From Camelus ferus (lineage: Eukaryota): DNA of 64,000 nt. The translations under genes and the position numbers were made by a program. Every line of letters begins with the position of its first letter. Within the stretch, counting starts at the first letter, position 1. Under the pieces are notes generated by a model. It made no database searches, had not been told where the DNA came from, and worked only from the letters and a program-made list of their open reading frames with translations. The stretch covers positions 8,992,001-9,056,000 of the forward strand of contig NC_045698.1 in the NCBI RefSeq assembly GCF_009834535.1, read 5' to 3'. This document shows positions 26,901 to 38,169 of the stretch, piece after piece.

Positions 26901-28126
26901 GTGGAGAGAGTGAATTATTTTCCTCAGCAGGATTGGCTAGAAATTCTCCGGTTTTATCTCAATATAAAGTTCTCTCTTCAAAGATGTTCCATGGTTATTT
27001 TTGCTTCTGCAGTTGTTCTGTGTTTTTTACTTCCTTTACAAGAATTGATAGTATTCGTAGGATTGGTAGTATTTGTAAAAAGAAACATTAGAAGTGATCT
27101 GATCGTTTGTTTAAGAAAATGAAGTATCAATGGAACCTTGAAGCTTTGTTTGTGTCAAATCACATCATCTCTGGAAAATCAGTAACAATTTTGCCTACCA
27201 TGAAAGATTTGGCAGCTTGTGGAAATGTCAGATGTCAGTAAAATTTCATTGACAAGCAAAAGCTTGATTATAGCGAAGAAACCTTTTTACTGTGTAAGGG
27301 CTGAAACACTTCTGAGCCTTGCATGTACGTTTGGCTTTGCTTTGTTGATAAGAAAGAATGTTCCCAGGGAACATGACATGACTTTCTATATCAGCAAGAA
27401 TTGGCCTCTGCAAATATCTGACCTCAAAGAGAGGAAAATGTAATGAACTTAAAATTCATCATGCTGCTAACATCTCAAGATTTGGGGGCAGAGACGGGGA
27501 GTCAACTACTTTAAGCACCTGACAAAACTTTAAATAATAATTTGTGTTTAAATATGTCTTGTCCTGTTTTTAAGAGAGAGAAAAAGGAAAAAAAGAAAAG
27601 ATACTATCAGAACAATTTGACAAGGAGTTTATCCATGGCTTTTTTTTTTTTTTAACTTTTTGGATATTTTTAGCTATATAAATGAGGAAAATATTTCAAG
27701 GCTCAGCAGGCACCACTAGGTATTTTACTGGGGGATAAAAAAAAAAGCTAGACAAACAAAAGAAGCTCTAAACAGTGGTTTGGTCAAACTGCCATTCTTG
27801 AAAAGGTTAAAGTCAGAAAATGATGTGAACTTTCCAATAGCTAAGGATGAGCTGCTGCAGGCAGGAGTCAATAGCGATAAATCCCTGTAAATTCCTAGGC
27901 AGACTGAAGATTTCAGATACTGGAAATTACCACAGGACGCGTTCTGAAGGTCACTTTTTGTTTAATGTTATGTTTTAAGTTTTTAATGCTTCATTTTATT
28001 TAGCCTTTAGTGTATATGAACTATGTATTCTTTGCTTACTTTGTGTGTTCATGTTTTATTTCTGGTAAAAAAAAAAAAAGGCATACTGTCCGTTTTCAGT
28101 TATTATATGGTCTACATTTATGCCTT

Positions 28127-28585
28127 GTGGCAATAAACAAAGGTCAATCAAGTGAGAAAAGGGAAGGCTGTTTATCCTGAACTTGCTATGGCAAGGGAGT
28201 CAGCCGCTGTCACTCGCTTTTTGGCAAAGACTCAAAGGCAGGCAGAGGAGTTGGAAAGGTTTATAGTGGAAAACAAGGATGGTTTCAGACATGCCCTGAT
28301 TTGGAGGCTGTTGTCTTTGGGAAGCTGGAGGCAGGTTCCCTAGAAGTGGGGACAAACTTAGGGAAGCTGACAGTTATTAAGCACACCCTGGCTATTTTTG
28401 GCTAATTGTTGCAGAAGGTGTGTTTAGTTTTCTGGATTGTCGCTAGAGACAGCAGTCTAGCCTCCTGCAAACCTGACTTAGAGCAGTTTATTAAAGAGGG
28501 GATTGGTTTCCTGGGATGTTGCTACAGGCGCGGGTCAAAGTTCTATCTTTATTTACAGTCTGGTCGTTGTCCATTTGGATACTCT
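28127..28585 (-). mobile_element. Solo LTR, ERV1-like
   Basis: Begins TG. About 450 bp with LTR-like antisense features (tttatcctgaacttgc, tttatag, ccctgattt) and a composition distinct from its flanks. Family not assigned. Confidence 0.55.
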
Positions 28586-28589
28586 GGCT

Positions 28590-29060
28590 TTCAACTCTCC
28601 TGTTGTTTCCAAATCCATGAGGTCCTCAGTTCTCCGATCCCCGGTGGTTCCTACAGACTCACCTCTACCACCATCGTCCTTATTCACCTTGCCCGAGGTG
28701 TGAGGGCCTCCCCTATCTCAGGCCTCTGTATTTCCTATTTCTTCTTGTAAAACATTTTTTGCAAAAATACGTACATGGCTGTTTTGCACTCTTTGCTCTG
28801 GTCCCTGCCCAAATGTTACTTCTTCAGTAAAGTGTTTCCTGATCAGCCTGCACAAACCAGCCAGTCTGAATCAGTCTGCTCAGCTCACTGTGTCTCTTTT
28901 TATCCATTATTTCAACTGTTCATTCTTTGTTTGATGTTTGTCTCTCTCAATAGAATTTAATGGCACTAAGGATATTGGCTGTTTTGTTCACTGCTATATT
29001 CATTCTTCCTAAAATAGTAAAATGTACAAAGTAATTGATCTTATCTGAAGAATGAATAAA
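28590..29060 (+). mobile_element. L2 3' end
   Basis: ctcaggcctctgtatttcc...caaatgttacttcttcagtaaag...ctgttttgttcactgctatatt...gaatgaataaa. Confidence 0.7.
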
Positions 29061-29679
29061 ACCTGTATTCCTTGATTTAACAAATTTAGAAAATATTTTT
29101 TTCATCTACCATATGACCTTTGAAAACTTCAGCTCCTTGTTTCCTTACTTTCCCCTTTGAACATCTTCTCATAATTTTATCTGTTTTACTACCTTTAGTT
29201 TTTCTAAATGCAAAGTTTCTATCTCACAATTATACTGAATTTAATTTTAAGATCAGAAAAATTCAATGAAATACTGTCAATTAAAAACATTCAGGGATTT
29301 TTAAAAAAGAGCATTGATGGCAAGCACTTAGCTCACCCTTCCCACCAAATCATACTTTGCTTCCAGAATGACAACCATTGTTGTCTTCTGTTGTATAGTT
29401 TTCAGATAATTGTATATTCATTTGTACTGGTACTGTATTGATCATGGTAAATGAATACTAGTTCTAGAACAAGCAAACTCAAATTATCAGGAACTTGAGA
29501 TAGTAAAGGTTGATTTTTCGTTAAGTCAGGATCTGATTGACACGAATTGGTTCTCCAGAAGCCACCTTTCAGATAATGTACCAATAATCCAGTTCACTGC
29601 CATGTTAGACAATGACAAATTCAATACCATGTGCCCCCTAGGGTGTCTGCACAAGGAGAAGAGAGACTGTAAATGAGCT

Positions 29680-29753
29680 GAGGTGCTGGGGATTGAACCC
29701 AGGACCTTGTGCATGCTAAGCAGGTGCTCTACCACTGAGCTATACCCTCCCCC
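29680..29753 (-). mobile_element. tRNA-Ala-derived SINE head (camelid Vic-1-like) without an A-rich tail
   Basis: Minus strand reads GGGGGAGGGTATAGCTCAGTGGTAGAGCACCTGCTTAGCATGCACAAGGTCCTGGGTTCAATCCCCAGCACCTC, with A box and B box intact. Confidence 0.85.
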
Positions 29754-30589
29754 TTAGAACATGAAGTATTTTTAATAAACTCTTAACAGACACGTATTTT
29801 ACAAAGTGAAGTATTTTAGTGATATTATGAAATATGTACACAGTGTTACATATGTTGTACTCAAGAGATGACTGAAACTGTAAAAGTGCATTGGAAAGTA
29901 TATGGGAAAGAAATACATCAAAAATATAACCAGGGTCATGCAGAAATAGGTGATTTTTTTTTGTTAAACTTTTCAATTATAAAAATATCATATTTTGGAA
30001 ATAATTTCTAAGTGAGAAAACACCATGAATTAAAATGGTCTGAGGATAAATGAATTAGGCTTCTTTTTTTTGAGAAAATTAGTGTTAAGTCACAGATCTA
30101 ATACTCTCAAGGTTCTATTTTTTGTGCCCTTTTGGAATTATTTTATGACCATGTATTATGTTTTCTTGCTTAATTACACACCTCACACGACCATTGTTTC
30201 AGTTTTGAGGGAAATTAACATTATAAACTCTGGATGGAACAGCCGAATCCCAACACCCCAGTTATGTCAAAATTCACTGTAGGAATTAAATAAAGGTCTT
30301 AGGTTCTTTAACTCACTAGGTCTCCATGTGTTTCCAGTAGAAATCTAACTCACTAGATTTTTACTTTAAGTATGTCTGAAATATTATATACTAAATGCTG
30401 TTCGCAGAGTCACAATTAAACTGCATTTTAATAACTCTGTGTATATCTGAAATAAAGAAATAAATTTCACCTTGCTTAGACTATCACTTCTCAAATTTAT
30501 TTTATTGCTGCCCCATACATGCATCTATGCCTGTTGCTCAGATGCTGTTTGAAGCCTACTGTTTTCTTGTCTGGCCACACAGAAGAGGC

Positions 30590-30812
30590 AGTGCGGGCAG
30601 TGGTCTGACACGTGCCTGGGGTTGGACCTTAGCACTGCTGGGATCAATTATGTTACTCTCTTGTGCATCAGTGGCTTCGTTTTTAACATGGGAAATAAGG
30701 GGAAAAAAAACCTTTCATCCAGGGTTTTATGACATTTAAAACTGTAACTTATGAGCGTAGAAGCTCTTAGAGATGGCTGACATAGTGTTATGTAAACTGT
30801 TATTATTATTAC
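30590..30812 (+). mobile_element. MIR SINE (degenerate)
   Basis: ttgtgcatcagtggcttcgtttttaacatgggaaataa...gctcttagagatggctgacatagtg...tgttattattatt. Confidence 0.55.
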
Positions 30813-31162
30813 TTATGTTTAACCCAATCTTCGTGTCTAATCTTTCTGTCTTTCAGACTCTCCTCTTCTACTAGCTCCTGTTCAAGACGGCTAATAGACA
30901 AGAGAAGATGTCACTCATCTGCTCTTTGGGTGAGGGGTTTCCAGGGACCATCTGGTCCTCGGATGTCCACTGCCTCCTGTCCTCTGACTTATGACCAGCG
31001 TGTTAGCTGTCTAGGTGTTCTCCTTCCTTACTGGGCTGATGTCTGCAATTGGCGGCCTGCTGACATGGTATGTTTCACTAAGCCATATCCTCTATGTGAT
31101 GCTGGCCTAGGCGGGCCTCCCTGCAGCCTTGTCACCTTGTCACCACCTAATTCTTATGATCA

Positions 31163-31213
31163 GTTTTGGACTGAATGTTTAGTTGTGCACCCCCTACAAT
31201 CACGTGTGTGCAT

Positions 31214-31251
<38 letters not shown>

Positions 31252-31597
31252 ACACAGACACATTCATATATTGAAATCCAAATCCCTGATGTGAGAGGTA
31301 GGTTAAGAGGTGGGACCTTTGGGAGGTGATGAGGTCATGAGGATGGAGCCTCATGAATGGGATTAGTGCCCTACAAGAGACCCCAGAGAGATCCCTTGCC
31401 CCTTCAGTCACACGGGGGCACAGTGAGAAGATGGTCATTTATGAACCAGGAAGACGGTTGTCACCAGACCCTGAAACCACAGGTGCCTTGATCTTAGATT
31501 TCCCAGCCTCCAGAAATGTGAGAAATAAACTTTCGTTGTGTAGGCTGCCTGCTCTACGGACAGTAGTTTGTTACAGCAGCGTGCACAGATGAAGACA
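31163..31597 (+). mobile_element. MaLR MLT1A-like solo LTR with an internal (CA)n at about 31215-31262
   Basis: ggactgaatgttt...gaggtgggacctttgggaggtgatgaggtcatgaggatggagcctcatgaatgggattagtgccct...ccagcctccagaaatgtgagaaataaa...gaagaca. Confidence 0.9.
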
Positions 31598-34567
31598 CCT
31601 TTTATGCCCCAGTGTGGGAGGTGAGTAAAAGATATTTTGGATTTGCTCTTCCTTTCCTCCTTTCAAGGCAAGAGCTCCACAAGTCCATTCTTTGTGTCCT
31701 GGAGCAGAGAGATGGAGATGCCGCCACTGTCTTCCGGAGCATCCCCATAACATACAGGTGCAAAGGGAGGGTTTCCCCTTACCTTTTACTCTGTGGTCCC
31801 TCGATTTTTCTTGAGAGTTTAGTGATGTGCATGTTGAGAGGGTGTGAGAAGACAGAAGTCATTACACCAATAAAACTTATATAGGTAAGAATGCGCTGGA
31901 GACATAGCGTGTCTCTTACACACACATTCATATCACGTGGACAATCACTCCTTTTTCTTCCTTTATCCTACTCAGCTAACTCTGATCTGAATCAACCCTT
32001 TCCACACGTGTTAAGAAAAATCAACAACCTACGTGTGAGCTGTCCCTCAGTTAATGCCTTTCACTGATGGAAAAATTGATTTAAAAGTCATATGTAAATT
32101 GGGCTCTGGTAAACAGAATGTCAGTTTGAATGTCTGTTACCAATGTTCCAATCAGATGTTTTCTGTTCTCAGTGAAGGTTCTCCTGTCTCCCCCTACGAG
32201 ATAAGGATGTCCTGAAGATTTTGGAGAAATAGCAAAGCTCATGTGTATTGCTCCGTATGATAGTCCTTCTCTCATTAGGTGATGATTTCCTTGACTGAAG
32301 GAATTGTCACCTTAAGGCAGGTATTTACAGTTCGTCACACAGTCACTGACACGCTGCGCATATTCTGAAAATTGTAAATGCATGTTTAGTGGATGGATTG
32401 ATGGAGTCTCATGCCTGTTCTTGAATTTAGCAGGGACCCTCTTCCCCTACCAGATCACGTTTGGATGAATGAATTCTGTTGATACTTTCAGAGGAATTGG
32501 TGCTGTGTTAAAGAAAAATTTAAGTTTGCAGGTCGCCGTGCTGTTTGAGGATCACGTGTGAACACACGGTGGAAATTTGGAATCAATAATCAATAATACC
32601 CATGTCTGGAAATAAGCATGGAAACACGCCCTTTCTGCTTCTAGAATTGCCCCACAGGTGTGGTCCCAGGAACATAAAGCACCAAGCCCGGCAGCCCCTT
32701 CCCTGTGGGCTTCCCTGCTGCAGAGCAGCTCCCACCGCAAATGACACCGAACACCAGCTCTGTTTGCTATGAGATTTATTTCTTCATGCTTGGCAATTAC
32801 GAGTAACCTTTGAAGGGAAAGGAAAACACTTACAGCTTGGCAAGTCATGTGTACCATTTCAGAAATTTCCCCTAAGTTCAAAGAACAAGTAAATATCACT
32901 TACGCCTACAGATTTAAAAGTCTCTGCCCAAAAATAAGTGATGAAAGGGGTTTTCTCTTGTTTTCGTATCATGGATTGTTTTAGAAGGTGTTTCTTTAGG
33001 AGAATTTATGACCTCAAATTGCCTTAACTTTTTAGATCCTCAAGAATGCGCTGAACTTCAAGCGTCATTTTCATTTCCTGCAGCAGTAGTGGTTCAAATT
33101 TTTTAAATTGGTCAAATCACTTTGGAAAAAAGCAAACCATCCTTCTGATGTGACTAACGCTCATAGAGATACTTTAGGTTACGGGAAAATTGAAAAAATG
33201 CAATTCAGAAAGAAAATGTAATGCCAAAAAGACCGTTCTAGCCTCTCTGGGATATTAGACTGAAGGACATTAATGGGAAACACATCCCATTGGTATTTTA
33301 AATACTCTTATTATTTTTAAAATTCAGAGTAGGTACACATAGCAACAAATACTTGTTTCAAATTCAACGTAGAGTGGGAAAAACACATTTAACAGATAAG
33401 ATAAAGAAAAAAATAGCTGACATGTCAGAAACACAAATATTTTTAGAAAATTGACAGGGTACCCAAAATAAAGACCCACAATAGAAGTATATCCAGCAAA
33501 TATAAAATACAGAGAGAAATCCATTCCACTGACTTTCCAATTCTGTTCTTTATCAGGCTTATCCCCAGGCTTACTCTGGGACAATACAGTCTACCTCTCT
33601 CAGGGGCTCCTGTACAGCCTGTAGTTAAGAATACAAAGACGTAAATCAGAAGCTATAAAAATGTACTTCCTCCACAAAGGAGGAAGTCTCAGTTTTTTCA
33701 GCTCCAAACAGAGAGAATATAAGGGACTTAAATCCTGGTGGAGGACAGGAATTTCATTTCAAATCATTAGACTCGAAGCCAGTTTCCTTACAAACTTTGT
33801 GCTTGTCCCTATGCTTAAAATAACCCACACAACCTAGCATGTGCTCTGTCAGCCAATAGACTATAATTTAGGGAATGCAAAGAGAGGAAAAGGATCTATT
33901 AACAAAAGCATATTGCCACACACGCAGGGGAGTGTTTGTAAGTACAGTGCATCCGCCATGCTGTTATATGTTTGCCTAATTCTCTGTTGTGCTGAGTATT
34001 TTCCCTCAAACATCTTAAATATTATAGCACCAAACGGTGATGATGAATGTAATCTTTTCAAGTAGCTTATTAAAATGGTAAAAAAACACTTATAGTAGGT
34101 GGATCTTATGATTTTAACTTACCTTGATAAAATATAATTTTGCATATATGATTAAAGAATGCACTAGCAGCATATACTGGCAAAATGAGCTTTTGTACAT
34201 CTTCATAATGTTTGCTGTGTGAGTGCGTGAGTTTGTATGTGTGTTTGTGAGAGATGTGTGCTAGGATCTCCGTACCTTAATGGTTTATAGCATAATATGT
34301 TATATTCAGGGAATTGCAACAGGCAAGTAAATCACTAAAGAAGTATTTGATACTATATACTAAAATATTTTTAAAATAACAATTTCATTAATTAGTGAAT
34401 TATTTCCATAAATCTTATTCATTTTTATGCATTTGCATATATACTATAAACATGTAAATAAAATAATAACTGAATATGAGAAAATTTAAGGTGTATTAGA
34501 CCAGACTTACTCACTAGTAATTTTCCACATATATGGACTCACTAACATCAAACTAATGTTACGATAC

Positions 34568-34800
34568 AGAGCATGACTGAGGCAGCCAGACTACTGAGTT
34601 GAGATATAAACTTTGCCGATACTAGCAGTGTGGAGAGAATGATCAGATCTGTCTGTGCCACAGTTTTCTCATCTGCAAAATGGGGTTAGTAACAGTGTCT
34701 CTTTCACTGGATTGTTTTGAGAATTAAATGAGCCGATACCTGAAAAGTCCTTAGAAGATTGGCCCTGAATTAGTGTTTTGTTACCTGTAATAATGACCAC
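34568..34800 (+). mobile_element. MIR SINE
   Basis: Core ctgtgccacagttttctcatctgcaaaatgggg...ttgttttgagaattaaatgag. Confidence 0.8.
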
Positions 34801-35241
34801 AATAATACTAATAACTATATATACAATATTGCATTCATTTTAGACATGATTATTATTGATTTTGAGTTTAAGAGTTATACTGATTGATTTTTTCAGTCGT
34901 ATTAAATATATATGATCAATGTGGAAGAACTAACATGGCTGAAAATTTTCTAATGCAAAATACATATTGAATTGCATGAGGAAACAGATTTCTTTACCAG
35001 AATGCCATATTAATTCATATACTCATTTGCCATTTCCTTTTCTCTCTAGAAGTTTTCTCAGTAAGTTATTTGCAAATCACTGAACTCTGTAGTAAACATG
35101 CAACGTTTTGTTACCTGGTTCCTTTTTGTTGGGCTTTCTGCTTGAAAAAGATTATCTACCAACCTGGCCCTAATTACCGTCTCTATTCTGATCACTCCCA
35201 ATCTACATATCCAACTAAGAATGTGACAGAGTTAGCCATAG

Positions 35242-35350
35242 GGATAGAGGTAGAGATGAGGATAGATGGATAGGCGGATATGATAGACAGATAGATAGAT
35301 GACAGATAGATAGATAGCTAGATAGATAGAGAATATGACAGGTGAATAGA
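35242..35350. repeat. Imperfect (GATA)n microsatellite
   Basis: gatagacagatagatagatgacagatagatagatagctagatagataga. Confidence 0.9.
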
Positions 35351-35744
35351 TGATTTGGAAGTACTTTAAAGCTAATGTGTTAAAAGTTCAATTCCTCCTT
35401 TTTTTTTTTTTTCTCACCCACACTGTGCTCCTCCAGTTGCCCCTCATGAGTTATTGGGACCACACTTCCACTGAGACTTGCAACTCAGCCAGTATCATCA
35501 TCCTCTCTTCTCTCTCTCTGTCCACATTCCTTACTAGTTTGTCCTAATTCCACCTTCTAAGGAATTTTCAATTTCCCCCTTCCCTCCGACTCCACCGATG
35601 TTTCCGTGACTTAAGGGATAATTGTCTCCCTGTTGGTTTGCTAAAAAGACTTTTGGACTACTCTCCCTACATTTCCCAGGTTAAAAGCCATTCATAGGTC
35701 TGTGTTTTCTTCAATATAATAACGACTTTAACACTCAAACCATT

Positions 35745-36240
35745 ATAGATACGTTGTGCATCATTTTGATTACTTTATATATCTCATTAATTATCAGTGG
35801 AAAAAAGTCTTTTGACAACCTTCCAGTTATAGAATAAATAAGTCATGGGGATGTAATGTGCACCACGCTGACTGCAACTACAATTACTTTATGGCATATA
35901 TTGAAGTTGCTAGGAGTAAATCTGAAAGGTCCTCATCACAAGAAAAAAAAAGTTTGGTAACAATATACCATGACAGATGTCAACTAGACTTACTGTAGTG
36001 ATCACTTTGCAATGTATACAAATAATAAATCATCTTGTACACCTGAAACCACTATAATTTATATGTCAATTATGTTTAGTAGGAAAAGAAAAATATCACA
36101 CAAAAAAGTCTTAGAAGAAAGACATCATTGTGATATCAACTGATAATTGAGGAAACTAAGACATGGAAAGTTTATATGATGGTCCTAGGTTATCTAGTTA
36201 GAAGGTGGTAGACAAAATCAAAGTCGCCTGGTCAGACTTG
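35745..36240 (-). mobile_element. MIR split by an L1 insertion
   Basis: atctcattaattatc on the left and tgaggaaactaagac...ggttatctagttagaaggtggtaga on the right continue one antisense MIR. Confidence 0.65.
35812..36101 (+). mobile_element. 5'-truncated L1 3' UTR (L1MA9/10-like) with perfect 11-bp TSD
   Basis: ttccagttatagaataaataagtcatggggatgtaatg...tgtacacctgaaac...tatgtcaattat. TSD aaaaaagtctt at 35801-35811 and 36102-36112. Confidence 0.9.
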
Positions 36241-37329
36241 GAAGGTCGTTATTTACTTTACTGCCTGTCATGCACGACTGTGTCCTGCGTGTTGCTAATA
36301 ACTTGGCTCCTGGTGAGCCTCCCTTGATCTCCAAAACTGGGCTAGGTCTCATAGAATTCTGGACATCTGAAATCACAACACTCATTTAAGTTTTTTTTAA
36401 TATCCATGGCTGTTCTTTGTGGATCTACTTCTCTGCCAAATACTGTCTTCTCTGTGAGGGAGGAGACTGCCCAGGTCTGTTATCATTGCTTCTCCAGGGC
36501 TGGTTGCAGTGTCTGATGCACGGTGGGTGACGAGGAATTTCTGCTGAAAGAGGGAATCACCCCAAGTGACCCCTGTTCCTTTTCATGGCGATTTACCAAA
36601 TTTCCACCATTCTTTGCTATAACCATAACGCCTAGATGATTGAAAAAATGAGCTGCTCCCACTATAGTAATTTCATGCAGACTTGGTGGCTGTGGGTGGA
36701 TAGACTGCTGAAACAGTGGTCTGACATAAAATGGTTACAAATCTCTTTATATGGAAATCAGATGGGACGACCTCTTACCTCCCGCTGGAGGTTAATTCAT
36801 GGCCCCGATCTGCCCTTATCTTCAGTTCCTGCCTTTGGCTTTTGTTATTATCAGGCCAAAATTCTGTATTTGAAACTAGGTATCTTTCCGTTGCAAAATC
36901 TTTCTTTCACCTTTTACCTATTACAGATTACTTACCCCTTAAGCAAACTTTCAAAATACTCTTATTACCACATCTGCAAAGGGAAATGACTCTCTCTACC
37001 ATTCCTGGGTATTAAACCTTTCAGGATAAAACTGCTATCTGTGAAGATTTTGTCATCTATGTATCATATATATTATATATATAATCACACATACAAACAT
37101 GTTTGCTTAAAAATCATGATTTAACCTTTTCCAAATTATAATTTAATGTTAGAGCTGCTTAAGAGAATATTAGGTTAAAAAAAAACCAGAAGTCACATGT
37201 AAGAAGCTAGAAGGAAATATGATAATTCTCATTTTACAGGTGCGGGGACCAAGTTCGAGAGAGGAGTCATAAGGAAATGCTCCTTACTGCAGTCGGTGTC
37301 CTGGGCTCCAGGGCAGAACCTTCTTGGCA

Positions 37330-37810
37330 GGTCACCCTGCAGCCCACCTGGGCACCCCCTGGGCCTAATGCACCCAGTTCTCAACCTTCCCCTGTGTGCT
37401 CAGTGTTGCCAGCGAGGCGCAGATTCTGGAAGGCAACGGTAGGGAGCTGGAGGGGTAGGCGAAAGAAAGGGAACTATTTCTCTTTCTTCTCTAATTTGGG
37501 CTCTTTCATGTCTGTGACGTCAGTTCAGATGTGCCCTGGGGACTGCAGCCCCACCCTAACCGCCTCCACGCGTCCCTCCATCCGTCCTCCACGCGTCCCT
37601 CCATCCGTCCTCCACGCGTCCCTCCATCCGTCCTCCACGCGTCCCTCCAGCCTGGGTGTGAAAGATGACCTCCTGCTGTTTGTTTTTTGTATCTGGGCTG
37701 CTTTCTCTTCTTGGCATTCCCTCTTTCATCGGCTTTGTCGAGCTGGGGGAACTACCAATGTCGTAAATGATCATCAAGTGAGATTACTCTGGTTGGACCC
37801 TGACAGATAT
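37330..37810 (+). mobile_element. Old ERVL-type LTR (LTR33-like) hosting a minisatellite
   Basis: Ends ggaccctgacagata, similar to the gggaccctgactgataca terminus of old ERVL LTRs. Internal gggagctggagggg. Confidence 0.4.
37563..37649. repeat. Perfect 23-bp minisatellite, 3.8 copies
   Basis: Unit cctccacgcgtccctccatccgt at 37563, 37586 and 37609, plus an 18-nt partial copy at 37632. Confidence 0.97.
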
Positions 37811-38169
37811 CCACTTAATGTACGATTGGATTTGCATTTTGTTGGATGAAGTCGGAATTTTTTCAAGGTCATTCCAACTTGACAATCAATTGTCAAGTTT
37901 TGATGGGCTCTAACTATCAAAAGGGAAGCCAGTCAGCATTTATGACCCAATTAGAGTTTGAGGATGTTAGAGCAAACTTACAATGTGTCAAAAATTAGGG
38001 AGATGTTAAGACCAGACTCTGCACCTAGGAGTGGTGACAGCCCCAGACACTGCCACTAACAGGCCTGGCTACACGGGTTGACAGTGGAATCAGAACAAAG
38101 GGACAAAAGTGGCAACAGGTGAGCGAGAAATTGGGCAGGCTTGTCGGCAAACAGAAGTGATGCCAAATG

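Noticed and set aside
29680..29753. Functional tRNA-Ala(AGC) gene
   Set aside because: Acceptor and anticodon stems are mispaired, and the 5' end carries the SINE-type GGGGAGGG extension.
37563..37649. CRISPR-like array
   Set aside because: Head-to-tail repeats with no unique spacers, in mammalian DNA.
37277..37849. Longest ORF (190 aa, plus strand) and antisense ORF 37556-37777
   Set aside because: Runs through MIR/LTR-like sequence and the stop-free GC-rich minisatellite. The translation is low-complexity with no recognisable domain.
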